From Phyllobates terribilis (taxonomy: Eukaryota): DNA of 64,000 nt. The stretch is from positions 391,530,001 through 391,594,000 of the forward strand of contig NW_027362762.1 in NCBI RefSeq assembly GCF_046119375.1, given 5' to 3'. The translations under genes and the position numbers were made by a program. The notes beneath the pieces are model-generated. The model was not told the origin of the DNA, did no database searches, and saw only the letters and a program-made list of their open reading frames with translations. Positions 1-12,554 of this stretch are shown piece by piece. Each line of letters begins with the position of its first letter. Positions within the stretch are counted from its first letter, which is position 1.

Positions 1-1038
1 ACCCTACATCCCCCAGTGATTTCATGACAGAAATAATGTCATGGGAGCACTGCACCCAACCACTAATTGGCTGCAGCCTTCACAATTTTGTGATATCGAA
101 TGTCCAGGAGTAAGCATGATTTTTTTTTATTTTATGCAGCATACTAGAAGCATTCATAAGGAGTTGCCCAGTAAAGAACAACCCTTTTAAATAAACAGCA
201 TGTTGATATATACTAGCCAGATCCAAGCTAGAACGCACTTCAGCCTCTGATGATGGTAAAGTATATACTTTTGGCTAAGTGCAATAAGGCCGTGAGCACT
301 TACAATAACATTTACTATCTCTGCAGAGGATGAAACCTAAATGTATATACCGTAGCTAGAATACCTCTATCACAGACAAGTGCCAGCTAATGGCAGCCAA
401 AACTCCCACACAGGCAGTTTTCGGATGTGACCAGTAAATCACCCTAGTTATGCTGTGATAGCAACAATGACTTATATTTGCAGTACTTGAAAGTAAATTG
501 TACACAATTGTTTGCTGTAAGAACAAATCATTGTGCAGAATAAAAGTAATCATTCAAAAACCATCATAAATAGTAGTTCGTCCTCCAAGACATCTAGGTA
601 TCCGTATAGGGGATTTTGTTCCTCTTCTGTCACAACCAGCAGGAAACATAACATGTATTGTACAGCATCAGCAGAACCTCAGCAGGAACCATGAGGTCAT
701 GGCTTTCAACAATGATTACAAAGAAACACCTAGCTAATGACAACCTACCAACTTCTACAGCGTTATTCAGACACACAGCCATCAATGAGTCCACAATGAC
801 TAGGTGACAATATACAACTGAAAGCTGCAGCACAATTCCATATTTAAGTAATATACAAGTAAAGATTCAGATTATAGTCAATGAAACATGGAATCTAGAG
901 AGAAAAAGGGAGAGGCTCAAAACCCAGCGGTCAGCAAAAAAGCAAGGCCTAGAGAGTGTATGAAATGGATGAGGGGCGAGAAGGTATCCCTGGGGCAATT
1001 AGAGGAGGAAGCTCAGATTTATGTGCAAACCTGACCAG

Positions 1039-1169
1039 TAGAGATGAGCAAATCGACAAGTAGGACCCTGGTCCACCCGCCATGTCAGAGGTCCATGACT
1101 GTCGAACAGAAGGTCTGCAGACCACGTCTACTGCCTGCCGAAATCCCCGACTAGATTAGCTCATCTCTA
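1039..1169. mobile_element. Short hAT-like MITE remnant
   Basis: Terminal inverted repeat TAGAGATGAGC...GCTCATCTCTA; no matching 8-bp TSD. Confidence 0.45.
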
Positions 1170-2796
1170 CACAACACAGTTACTAAATACAGGGCACTCA
1201 TGGGGGCCTATACAATATCTTAATGGCAAAGAAGAAACTGTAGAAGGCACCTCGGGGATCGCAATGCTATGCTTGGACTAGCCATCAGCTCTCCCAACCA
1301 GAGCATAGAAATACATGCTGTCAAGCTTGGGTCAAGAGAGCAGCCGGCAATTCCGAGCATTGCGTTCCCCGTCTGCCTCTGCCCTTACTTTTGGCTCTAC
1401 AGAGCCCTTTAAAGGAAATGTGTCAGCAGAAAAAAAGCTATTGTTTAAAGGGCTATTCTGGGCTCCATAAAACATAGAAGATTGCCACTGGATGGAGAGG
1501 TGATAGATGTTAGGGCAGTGAGATTCAGACAGCAGGGACCCCCACTGATCACCAGATTAGAAGACTTGTGTCCCCTCTTCCCCCAACCATAATAGAAAGG
1601 CCAGAAGTGGCATGGAGCGGCATGTGCCCTGAAGCTTCATTCCCTGTCTGCAGCACTCTCACAGATCAAATTATTGTTTCCTATGCAGTGGACAAGTGGT
1701 AATTTTAGGATAACAGAAAACGCTTGAATCAATGTAAACACATTTGTATTGTAAGCGATTTTGGTGATTTTCGTTTTGCACATTACAGATCACTGAGCCT
1801 CATATTCGGCTGAAGCCTTTATAAGCCTGAAGGCAGATATCAAGATCCACCATTGACAATACGCAAGGATCACAACTGACCTTCCCCCCCGCCCTGCACA
1901 GTGACCCCTATAGGTCACACAGCACACAATTCCATAGAAGTCAATGAGTTATGACCAGATTGTGCTATTAGCATTAACCTAATATCATCCATGGCTTCCA
2001 GAATGCAGTAAGCTAAGTCCATTCGGTTTTCCCAGGTAACTGAGAAAGTATTAAATAACTCCAAGATTAACATTAGTATCCAGTGATGGAAATAACATGC
2101 CAAGATGGTTATATAATTGTATTCACAATGAAAGCGGGTGTTTGTCAGTCCTGATAAATGAAACTGTAGTTATTTTAATTCATAAAGTAAGACTAAACCG
2201 TTTAAAAATTGAAGTGGGGCCTTTAGATTAGAACCTTCTGTCGTATCAGAAATGATTATAGTGGTCACGAGGCGAAACCTACAAGTCAGGCCACAAAAAT
2301 AGTGGCTGCTCCAGATACACATGGGAAACTACAGCTGGAAACCAAGAGATAAAAGGAGGAATTTCTAGACTCAAACCCAAAGAAGCCTGAAATAAACGTA
2401 ACGAATGCGGAGTGTAGAATTGGGCTGCACTCACACGTGGGTGATGTTACCATCCGAGAGGAACCGAGCCGGGTATCACTCTAGTCGCAACTATTTACTT
2501 CAGCACTTATTCTCACTGGGGCCAGTAGACTGCCTGAACGATTTCCATCCACTGACAATAGATAGATCCATTAAGAACTGATGAAACTTGCACAGCAGAC
2601 TGAAGTACAAAGTATGTCTACAACATTTCCACTATTCTAGGGCAACCTGGTCCGAGCACAGACTGGCAGCGGGCCTCCCGACAAAAAATACATAAAGCTG
2701 TCATGCTCAGGTCGGGAGATCCACGGCCAGTCTGTGCCGGGTGGTCCGTGTATGCAGACATCTGAATCAGCTTTTATACAGATCCCCATAAACATT

Positions 2797-4037
2797 AAGG
2801 CCTCCGTCACACGTCCGTATAAACCATACAAACATATATGAAAAACGGAACTGGTGACAGTGTGTCCGTTTTTACCATCAGTGTTTTCCATCCGTGTGTC
2901 CGTTTTTACCATCAGTGTTTTCCATCCGTGTGTCCGTTTTTCCCATCCGTGTGTCCGTTTTTACCATCAGTGTTTTCCCATCCGTGTGTCCGTTTTTACC
3001 ATCAGTGTTTTCCCATCCGTGTGTCCGTTTTTACCATCAGTGTTTTCCCATCCGTGTGTCCGTTTTTACCATCAGTGTTTTCCCATCCGTGTGTCCGTTT
3101 TTACCATCAGTGTTTTCCCATCCGTGTGTCCGTTTTTACCATCAGTGTTTTCCCATCCGTGTGTCCATTTTTACCATCAGTGTTCTCCCATCCGTGTGTC
3201 CGTTTTTACCATCAGTGTTTTCCATCCGTGTGTCCGTTTTTACCATCAGTGTTTTCCATCCGTGTGTCCGTTTTTACCATCAGTGTTTTCCATCCGTGTG
3301 TCCGTTTTTACCATCAGTGTTTTCCATCCGTGTGTCCGTTTTTACCATCAGTGTTTTCCATCCGTGTGTCCGTTTTTACCATCAGTGTTTTCCATCCGTG
3401 TGTCCGTTTTTACCATCAGTGTTTTCCATCCGTGTGTCCGTTTTTACCATCAGTGTTCTCCATCCGTGTGTCCGTTTTTACCATCAGTGTTCTCCCATCC
3501 GTGTGTCCGTTTTTACCATCAGTGTTTTAAATCCGTGTGTCCGTTTTTACCATCAGTGTTTTCCATCCGTGTGTCCGTTTTTACCATCAGTGTTTTCCAT
3601 CCGTGTGTCCGTTTTTACCATCAGTGTTTTCCATCCGTGTGTCCGTTTTTACCATCAGTGTTTTCCATCCGTGTGTCCGTTTTTACCATCAGTGTTTTCC
3701 ATCCGTGTGTCCGTTTTTACCATCAGTGTTTTTCCGATATGGATAAAGAAAGGAATAAATGACAGCTTCTCCTATAATTTGTGATGTTAAGCACGGACTG
3801 TACTGATGCCATCCGTATGCTGTACGTTTTTCACGGACCCATAGACTTGTATTGTCCTTTGTCTTTTGTGCTACGTGGCAAAAACAGACCTGTCTCCGTG
3901 TGTTTTGCATGTACACACAATCCGAGTAAAAACACAGACATGTGAACAGCACCATAGATTGTTTATTTCACGGTTCCCACACTTACCCATTACAAATACA
4001 ACACGTATGTGCAACACGGACATGTGAAGGAGGCCTG
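2797..4037. mobile_element. Non-autonomous DNA transposon (AGGCC..CACA termini) hosting a minisatellite, in EIF5B intron 1
   Basis: Left AGGCCTCCGTCACACGTCCGT matches the reverse complement of right ACGGACATGTGAAGGAGGCCT. Confidence 0.7.
2862..3732. repeat. 34/35-bp minisatellite, about 25 near-identical units
   Basis: Unit CCATCCGTGTGTCCGTTTTTACCATCAGTGTTTT(C); period 34 (e.g. 3242 to 3276) or 35 (3001 to 3036). Confidence 0.97.
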
Positions 4038-4594
4038 ATGGTAGAGTCTGATTAAAATGGATGAGAACAGGACATGTTCGGCGGGAGACACAGATCCGTT
4101 TTTAAAACTGACGTTTGTATGGATCAATTAAACTCTATGGGTCAGTGTGCTAAGAAAAATCCAGCACCAGGATGTGTCATATGGACGTGTACATGGAGCC
4201 TTACTCCGGGAACCAAGGGCAACATTTCTCCTTGTGGAAAGTGACAAGCCAAACCTGGCATGCCAATGTGAGGAGGCTTATAAGCCATCCAATGCTCCTC
4301 TGGGAAATTAAATATGCAAATAGCCTCTTCATAGAGGAAGAGGACTAAAAGTCTGGTGCCACCTATAGAGATTCTGGCTTTCATCCCAAGTCATGTGACA
4401 AGGCTCGATAAAGGGTCAATAGACTTTTAGCATTGCTACTTCCTATAGGTGGCGCTAGAGTTCTAGTCCTCTTCCTGTCTCAAGGGGCAATTTGTATATG
4501 GAGCATTACTGACATACAGTGTACACCACATTCAAATATTGATACTTGCCCTTTAAATTAGTGTCAACTTGTAAACCTAAAAGTTCTATCTAGA

Positions 4595-4750
4595 AAATGG
4601 CACCTGTAGCCCCCAGACCCTGTATAATGGCACCTGTAGACCCCCAGACCCTGTATAATGGCACCTGTAGACCCCCAGACCCTGTATAATGGCACCTGTA
4701 GATCCCCCAAACCTGTACCTGTAGCATGGCACCTATAGCCCCCAGATCTG
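4595..4750. repeat. 30-31-bp minisatellite, about 5 units
   Basis: ATGGCACCTGTAG(A)CCCCCAGACCCTGTATA repeats starting at 4597, 4627, 4658, 4689 and 4726. Confidence 0.9.
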
Positions 4751-5201
4751 GCCTCTCTGACCATCAGCGATCAGTTGTAAGACTGGCGAGCCATAGTTAC
4801 CCCAGTAGGGCAGTTACTCTCTGTCCACTAACAGTAATGGTGGGATCACAGCACTCCCCATAACTGTATATATGAGAGGCAGCGGAGATCGTGGGGCAGT
4901 AACACAGTTCACTTGGGTGGCTGATAACAGAGAACAACAGACTGTAATTGAGTGCAGAATGCAGACTTCCTGCCCAGGCCTTGCAGTATAAGCCTGCATC
5001 TCCTGCCCTGGCAGCTGGTGACTGCCCACTCGGTGCTGGCAGCAGGAAGCCTGTACACTGGGCACTACATGCTGCACTATCGGGACCTCCCATCCATCAG
5101 CCCCGGCAGGCGCCGTCTTCTAGGCCTCAGAGCAGCATCGCAGCTGTCCGGCCATTACACACGCCGCAGGCTATGAAGGGCACAGGGATGCCTGCTGTTA
5201 C

Positions 5202-5236
5202 CTCTCCTCGGCCTTGGTCTTCTGCTTCTTGCCCAT
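5202..5236 (-). CDS. EIF5B: EIF5B coding exon 1 (translation initiation factor 5B N-terminus); the rest of the gene lies left of the window
   Basis: Minus strand reads ATG GGC AAG AAG CAG AAG ACC AAG GCC GAG GAG AG|gtaaca = MGKKQKTKAEE(S): 35 nt, phase-2 donor, matching the vertebrate EIF5B start (human MGKKQKNKSEDS). Head-to-head with TXNDC9 as in human. Confidence 0.9.
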
Positions 5237-5794
5237 GGTGCCTATGTCAGTGTAGCTCTACCACCTCGCTGCATATGGTGCTCACAAGCTGCTAGTGCTT
5301 TCTCCTGCGCATGCGCACGACCTTACCCCCCCGGCGCACCGTCATTGGTTACTGCCCGCGTACAGCCAATAGGGTGAGGCGTCTGATCGCACTTGGTTAC
5401 GTCATGTGAACGTAGAGAGCGTTCTGAATTAGCAGCTCCGTGTCGGTTCTAGTCAATGATTAATCTGAGCGATGTCGTGATGAATACTGCTTAATAATAC
5501 ATCATGAAAAGCGGAGGTATTTTCTGGGAAGGAGGTTATACCACGGAGTATGGTCGTACGGATATAACTGGTTAGACATTTTGCTGATCTTTTTCACAAT
5601 CAGATTTCTCTTGTGCCAGAAACAAAAATGGCCACCGATGCCTCTTAGACGTTGTGACGTCATGCGTAGGGAGCACGTGACATCCTTTTAGCAGGGCGCC
5701 TGGGTAACACGCCCGTACGGAGGTTTGGTTGTCCTGACAGTGGTCGCTGTTAGTGGGAGTGGCCGGTGTGGAGGCGACGGAGCGGGGACAGCAG
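5237..5794. promoter_or_regulatory. Bidirectional CpG-rich promoter shared by EIF5B and TXNDC9
   Basis: Perfect NRF1 palindrome TGCGCATGCGCA 5306-5317, CCAAT boxes in both orientations at about 5343-5370, CRE TGACGTCA 5655-5662, E-box CACGTG 5674-5679. High CpG density between two divergent genes. Confidence 0.75.
5700..5794 (+). other. TXNDC9: TXNDC9 putative non-coding exon 1 (start approximate)
   Basis: Donor CAG|GTAATG at 5794/5795 at the edge of the CpG island. The first coding exon has an acceptor only 22 nt before its ATG, so an upstream UTR exon is required. Confidence 0.55.
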
Positions 5795-5941
5795 GTAATG
5801 TGCGGCCTAAGTAGGGGATCCCAGGAGCGGGGCCCACGGGGGAGTGTAGTACCGGGCGCGGCCACTGCACCTCAGGGACCTCTCCCATCTCATGGTCACT
5901 CCTGAGCTAGCGGCCATCATTGTGCCGCATCTGACCGGTCC

Positions 5942-6806
5942 TGTGTGTCAGGGTTAGGATGGGCACAAGTGCCCTATAATGCCATCCCATGCCTCCCACA
6001 GGGAAAGGCCGGAGGCAAGTAAGGGGACACTGTCTTCCCCCGACCCTCTGTGAGACTCATCGCTGGTGTTAGCTCGCCGAGAACAAAAGGGTGGGCAGTA
6101 CATCCATGCCGGATCCTTAGCCGCCCCCGACATCGTCTGTCAGGGGCCCCAAACCCATTCATACCGGCCGATCTGGCTGACTGTACTCTAATATTTATGG
6201 GGGCCGATAATATCCTACATCTGCACGCTGTGTGCAATCAGTTTGTAGCCTAATGATGTGCTGGCATTGGTAGTGCAGAGTGAGTGTGGGGTCTGTGGGG
6301 GGGGAGGGGTGGAGCACTGCGCGTAGTCTGTGATAGCTGCAGAGAACTGTGTGGACGCTGCAGCCTGTTCAGTGTGAACTGTGCCTTGAGTTGAACACTT
6401 CTATTTGTTGCTGGAAGCTGCTGGAGCTCAGACTGAAGGGGACACCGAGACTGGTGGGATCTTGCTACTTCTGTGTATGAAGAAGGCTGATGGAGAAAGG
6501 ACTGTAATCTGTGAACCCGCGCTGACATACGTGATCATGATTAAATGCACAGGCCGCGGTCAGAGAACCACAAATATCAGTGATAGCTATGGACAATGGC
6601 TGTTTTGCGTGACCAAGCTGGGACTAGCTCAGCCGTGTACGAGTAGCCAGGGTCTGTCCTGTTTAGCTAGCGACTGGACAAGGCTAGAGTTTCATGTTTG
6701 AGTTTGTTTTGGTGCTGTTCAACCAGTAGAAAGCAATAAAAAACTGCATTGCCTGTGTGAACGCTACCTAAGGCCTAATGCCTACCAGAGAGAGTGAATC
6801 TCTACA
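5942..6806 (+). mobile_element. Possible solo LTR in TXNDC9 intron 1
   Basis: TG...CA ends, about 865 bp, AATAAA at 6735-6740 about 65 nt before the terminal CA. Flanks (ggtcc/ggctc) are not an exact TSD. Confidence 0.3.
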
Positions 6807-6845
6807 GGCTCCATACATATGACTGCCAATTATTTTCTTCTTAAA

Positions 6846-7230
6846 GGGAACCTGTCTGGTCCTCCTTGCCCTCTAAACCAGCAGTACTCAGCCAAATGTG
6901 ATAAAACCCCCTCCCTAACTAGCCCTGTCTAACATAATTTGCACAAGTGTCACTGCGTCTCTGAAGCCAGGTGTACGCTTCCCGGCCTTAGAGGTGCGCA
7001 CTACTTATGACCGGAAGCTATCTTCTGCACTTCCGGTCATGCGCAGTGCTTGCCTCTGAGGCCGGGAAGCGTACACCTGGCTTCAGAGACGCAGTGACGC
7101 TGCCAGAATGAGCGACATGTCTGCGCACATTTGCATTACCTGCCGATGATGCCGCTTGTGTGTTGGGGGGTCATCATTTGGCCACCAGCTATCTATTGTG
7201 TATGGGGTAGAGGGGGGTTTTATCTTAACA
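6846..7230. mobile_element. TTAA-AGGG (T2/Kolobok-type) fold-back MITE with a 150-bp internal hairpin; right end eroded
   Basis: Starts ttaaAGGGAACCTGTC. 6949-6988 is a perfect 40-bp inverted repeat of 7059-7098. Confidence 0.7.
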
Positions 7231-7358
7231 ATTGTTAATCAATATAGGATTAGTGGGAATCGCTTCTAAGTACAGTACAATTGGAGCATTAGTGATTTGT
7301 TTGCTTTTGGTATATAGAAGATAATATTTTTTTCAGACTAAAACAACTTGCTGAAAAG

Positions 7359-7535
7359 ATGGCAGCCGACATGTTTACCAAAGTCATGGAGAACCAGTTA
7401 CTGCAAACTGCCAAACTGATGGAGGAACAATTAGATGCAGAACTGGAAAAGCTGGATCAGATGGATGAAGATGAAATGGAACGTCTAAAAGAAAAGCGTC
7501 TGGAGGCATTAAAGAAGGCACAGCAGCAGAAGCAG
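7359..7535 (+). CDS. TXNDC9: TXNDC9 (phosducin-like protein 3/APACD) coding exon 1
   Basis: Acceptor tttcag at 7336, ATG 7359, MAADMFTKVMENQLLQTAKLMEEQLDAELEKLDQMDEDEMERLKEKRLEALKKAQQQKQ, donor CAG|gtaact, phase 0 (177 nt). Confidence 0.95.
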
Positions 7536-9154
7536 GTAACTTCCACTTGTCACACTGTCAGATATTTGTCTTATAAAGGCAACGTCTGTACAAGTTCCAT
7601 ATTGGTGTATATGAAGATCAGGGAGGGAGTTTCTTACTCTGGACCGTTCTCTTTGCTCAAGAAGAAAGATAAGATTTGTAGGGCTTGAGCTGTGCTTGCA
7701 TTACAAGGTTGGCCCTTCAGATTAATGGACACCTTGTGATACTACATTTCCAATGCACTGGTAGATGCCTGCATAACTGAGACTACTCCCCACCCCCGTC
7801 AATACCAGCTGTTTGCTGCAATTGCTTTGTAGTTCAGCATCTAGGGGGCTAAATAGTCATTACTGTTTCAGCAGACTTTGCATAAATCAATAATACTGGT
7901 GAATATAATAAGCTTTGTGATGTACCTTATCAAGGAAATATCTTGCTTCCTCTGGCCCTAAAATCATCATTCACTCTGAAAAACAACTCAAATCTATCTT
8001 GGTCAGAGCAGGGCCAACTCCCAACTCACTGTGGTGTCTGTGGAGAGGGGAGGGTGAAGGAGGAATACTCAACACATTAAGAACCATGCAGATCGTGCTG
8101 CAGTGTATAGCAAGAGTTTTACCCAATTCCTGTGCTACATTCTCAGCCACACAGCTGAGTACTGCAGTATACTATCCTCCTTTCTGCTATATAATGTCAT
8201 CCATGCTTCTACTGCACTTGAACACATTCTACACAGGTAAAGAAGAGCTGGAATCCGACTGGTTCTGTGTCCTGTGTATGGGAGACATTGTAGCAGCTAG
8301 TCTCCACCCACCAGCTCAGAGACAACTGAAAATTAGAGAGAGAGACCCTGAAGGGGAAAGACTGATGAAACATGTAGGATACAAGTCATATAGTGGCCAG
8401 AAATAGTCTAATTCCTCATGCACATACAAAAGCTTATTTGGAAACTTTACCTAAAACACTTCTTTATCCAGATAAATGACTAAGTGCCATTGTAAAAGTA
8501 ATGTGCGGGAACAAAGCTCCTGTTCTTGCAATTCAGCTGGAGCAGGTTTGGTTACCAGCTGTCAGACAAAGCCGGAGACCCTAGGAAGAGGACAAAAGCA
8601 GTTTATTACATAGCACTGAGTGAGCAGTGGCGATGCTTCAGTATGACCTGGTGATCACATTATCGCTGCCTCTTTGCCCTGCACAACAAGGCTACTGGGT
8701 TCAAGATGACCTTGATCCTCTCAACCAGTGACTTGTAGTATGTCACTTTAGGGTGCTGTTTTGCCCTGTAACTGGAGCTCCTATGGATGACCTAGTTACA
8801 GTGGAGAAAAAATGAGCAACAAAAGGAAAAAAAACAAAACATTTTGCTGGCATGTGGTGAGCAGTGCATCAGGGCAGAGGACGGCAGCCTGACATTGTAC
8901 TACTGTCAGACTACCGAACTGTTCACATCGCTGGAGAAGTTACTGCCGCAGGGCTGCTCTGAGCGGTGAGAACACTGCATATGGCGGAGACTTCTTCCAG
9001 TGGTGACAATAGCTTGAGAGCATGGGATTATTAGTACAATACCAGGCTGCTGATCACCGCCCTCCGCCACTGATAGCCTGTAGTGTTCAGAGCACAGCAG
9101 AGTAATCATCACGATACTGTGCTCTGAGCACTGACTCAGCTTTATGTCAGTGTA

Positions 9155-9738
9155 AGGCTATGTGCCCACAATGCAAAAATGCTCCTGATTTTTTCCTGAG
9201 CTTTCATCTCCCTGGCAGAAAAAACGTATGCGGGTTGTACATGCGTTTTTCCTTCCAGGGACAAGCGGATGTGAAGCGTTCTTCACATGCATTTCCGCAT
9301 GCGGGTTGACAAGCGCTTTCCAAGCGATTTTAGCATCACTTGGAAAAGTACTTGACAACTTGGTCACACTATATAAATCCATGCAACGCAGCGCTTCCGC
9401 AAAATAATTGGTAGTGCTGCGTTATTTTCAGCAATGATAATCCGCAGCGGAAATTTGCGCAGCATGTGCACAGCCCATGCGGATTAAGTACACAAAAAGA
9501 AAAAGTGGGCACTGCTGGGGAATAATAATCACAAATAGAAAGGGGTGCTACAGTAACCTGATGTAAAGACACAAAATTATTCGGAAGAAAAAGACTCAGG
9601 ATATATAACCATGCACAGCACATGCGGATTATCATTGGGGAACATGGCAGGCCTTCTACCAAGCATTTTTTTAAGCGTTTCTGCAGCATTTTTGCCGCTG
9701 CGGAAACGCTTAAAAAACGCATCGTGGGCACACAGCCA
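9155..9738. mobile_element. MITE with AGGCTATGTGCCCACA termini (short version)
   Basis: TIR (A)GGCTATGTGCCCACAATGC / GCATCGTGGGCACACAGCC, TA flanks; highly similar to 54339-55205. Confidence 0.85.
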
Positions 9739-10480
9739 TAGCCTCATTTAGATGTCCCTGAATTACAGACATCTGAAGCAGACTTTCCAGTGACATAGCA
9801 CAGCATTGTATCTAATCCAATCACGTGTGATACAACCCGCTGAGCCACATATCTGATAATCATCATGTGTGATGCAACCCGCATATTTAATACCCATTAC
9901 GTGTGATACCGCACACATAACCACGTATCTAATCCCGTCATATGTGCTACAGCCTTCAGAGCCACATATCTAATGCCCATCGTGTCTGATACAACCCACA
10001 TATCTCATCATGTGTACCCTTCGCATATCCAACCTCCCAGAGCGGGGTAATGCAAGCAGCAACAATTAATGGAATCTGCGCTGCTGGCCATCTTTGGTGA
10101 CTGTCCACATCGCGCTGTCACCTTGCAGTCACCAACAAAATGTCTCTGCACTGTGATTCTATATTTCATCCTCCTCTGTTTGCAAACACCCAGTAGAGGT
10201 GGGGAGGGGCGGCATCACACACATTTACTGCAGTCCTCATGATGCCAGTATACAGTACACTAGGTTTTCAGCAGCTGCTCCTCCTAGTTTTTTTTAAAAG
10301 TGGAAAATATCAAAACTGTTAGTTTATACCAATAAAAAAAGTTATGTAAAATTTTAATTTTTTTTTTATTTATTTTTAATTAAAACATTAATACTTATTT
10401 TTCAGCAATTGAAGAAGCGATATTTTTTTCGGGATGACACATTCCCTTTAAAGCAACTGCCATATAAATACAGTTGGTCA

Positions 10481-11552
10481 GGACTTGTTCACACTGCTTA
10501 TACAGTGTGTCTAGGGTTTTTTTGGGGATTCAGACAGAACTATAGACAGTAATGACACTGACTGAGTTCAAATGGACTCTGTTTTTTGTTTGTTTTTTTT
10601 CCTTACAGTGACCATTGATTCAGATACCGTTTTGTGCCCATCTGGAAAGACTGACACTGTCCAAATAAAAGTACAATTTAACTCCATTTGTCATTCTAGT
10701 CTCTTGCTCCATCGTGGGTTCCATCTGAATTATAGGGGAGTGCTTTATTTATTTTTATTAAATTGATTCTGCTATTCTTTTGCACCGTTCGTAAATCTGC
10801 TTCTCCATTGTCATCTTTTTGTTGTCCCATTGCCATACATAGAGGCTTCTGTTTCCACCAGTTTAGCATTTTCCATTCACTGTCAGACTTTTTCTTGAGC
10901 TGTAGGAGGAAGCTGGTGACTTTACGTTCTCTTTCATATCAGAGTGTGGCTAGGTTCACACAAGCGTATAAAAAAAAAAAAAAAAATTGAGAGTTTCATC
11001 CAGAAAAGTGGGACAATTTATTTTTTTTTTTCCGACTTGTCATTGACATTTCACACATTCAGTATTTGGTCAGTATTTTACATTAGTATGTGTAAGCCAA
11101 AACCAGGTGAGGGACAATCAGAGGAAAAGTATAATAAATACAGAAGTGGTGACGTGTTTCTATCACCCACTCCTGTTTTTTTGGCTTCCAAATACTAATG
11201 TCAAATACTGAACATAACAGCAGCTATTAATCATTTAAAAGACCATTTACCGTTTCCTATGTCACAGAATTGCAACATGTGTAAAAATTGGATGCTAAAC
11301 TGTGTCTGTGTATGGCATCTGATCTTTTTTTTTTTTTTTTTTTTACACACCCATAGATTTGAATTTGAGTCCCATCCGATTTACAAATGAAGCTGGTGTA
11401 TGCGGCGATTTATTTATTTTCACACACATATTCAGTCTATGAATAAAAATTGGTCATCTGCATTGCCCCATTAAATAACATTGGTCAGAGTGTTGTCCGT
11501 TTGTTTTCACAGACAGCACCAAGACCGAAAATACGGTTGTGTGAACAAGCCC
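10481..11552. mobile_element. Non-autonomous DNA transposon with GGGCTTGTTCACAC termini (approximate)
   Basis: GGACTTGTTCACAC at 10481 and GTGTGAACAAGCCC ending at 11552. Confidence 0.55.
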
Positions 11553-11717
11553 TTAGCAGGAGAGGCTGTTTGCCAGCTCCATCTCCTTCTCACTTATCCT
11601 GATGTTATAGCCTATTACCTTGTGTTTAAGGAAAATTGCATCATTGCTTGGAAGTGGTGTCAAATAGAATGATTAGCGTCCTGACTATATTCTTTTTTTT
11701 TTTTTTAAATTGCTCAG

Positions 11718-11836
11718 GAATGGATATCCAAAGGGCACGGAGAATACAGAGAAATACCTAGTGAGAGAGAGTTCTTCACGGAAGTGAAGGAAAGTAAAAA
11801 TGTGATCTGCCATTTTTACAAAGATTCTACTTTCAG
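11718..11836 (+). CDS. TXNDC9: TXNDC9 coding exon 2
   Basis: ctcag|GAA TGG... EWISKGHGEYREIPSEREFFTEVKESKNVICHFYKDSTF(R), donor AG|gtattg, 119 nt. Confidence 0.95.
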
Positions 11837-12101
11837 GTATTGAAAAATTTTACAGATTTTAGTTTTATTTACTTTAACGACCACAAGGGACCACTAAAAT
11901 AAATTGAAAATTTATGTTGCACTTCTGAAGCAATTCTTTGAATTCACTTTATGAAACATATGTTTTGTTAATTTTTTTTTTTTTTGATTCTGTGTATATG
12001 TATGTATATAGTTCCTTTCTGCTTTTTATTTTTTATTTCACATATTGTGCCTTTTTATAAGATGGTAAGACCTTTGAGGACATTTTAAGATTGTAAATAT
12101 G

Positions 12102-12554
12102 CCGTATTTTGCGGACTGTAAGACCATAAGATGCACCCCAAATTTTGGGGCGGAAAATAGGAAAAAAAATGTTTAAAAAAAAATGGTTGTGCATCTTATA
12201 GTTCTTTTTACTAGTAGCTTACCGTGGGAGGGGTGAGGCAGGGTCGCTGCTTCAGGAGGCCTGCGGCAGCAGTGGGGCGATGCTGCGGCCTCTGGGCTGT
12301 CATAAGATGTCAACGCTGGGGAGGGGAGACCCCTTTCCCAATGATTTCCCTGCAGTGGGCTTCGGGAATATGGCCACCGGAGGCAGCGCAGATTGAGATC
12401 TTGGGAGACTAGATCTGCCTGCCTCCTATGACTCCACTCCACCACCCCCCCACCCACCAGTAAGCTCACTTCGGATTATAAAACGCACCCCTATTTTCCT
12501 CCCAATTTTTGATTGGGGGGGGGGGGTGTGCATCTTATAATACGAAAAATACGG
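12102..12554. mobile_element. Tc2/pogo-type MITE in the TXNDC9 intron between coding exons 2 and 3
   Basis: TIR CCGTATTTTGCGGACTGTAAGAC / CTTATAATACGAAAAATACGG followed by TA; subterminal GATGCACCC/GTGCATC repeats. Confidence 0.75.

Noticed and set aside
2838-3784. Three overlapping 230-302 aa plus-strand ORFs
   Set aside because: Artefact of a 34/35-bp repeat with no stop codon in any plus frame; no splice or promoter support.
1-5201. Further EIF5B exons
   Set aside because: No minus-strand match to the expected D/K-rich exon 2; the region is treated as intron 1.
5477-5587. C/D-box snoRNA-like pair (GTGATGA...CTGA) and weak U3-like words
   Set aside because: No terminal stem, lies in the promoter rather than an intron, and no recognisable guide sequence.
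7536-7688. C-terminal extension of the 7359..7688 ORF
   Set aside because: Intron read-through past the CAG|GTAACT donor.
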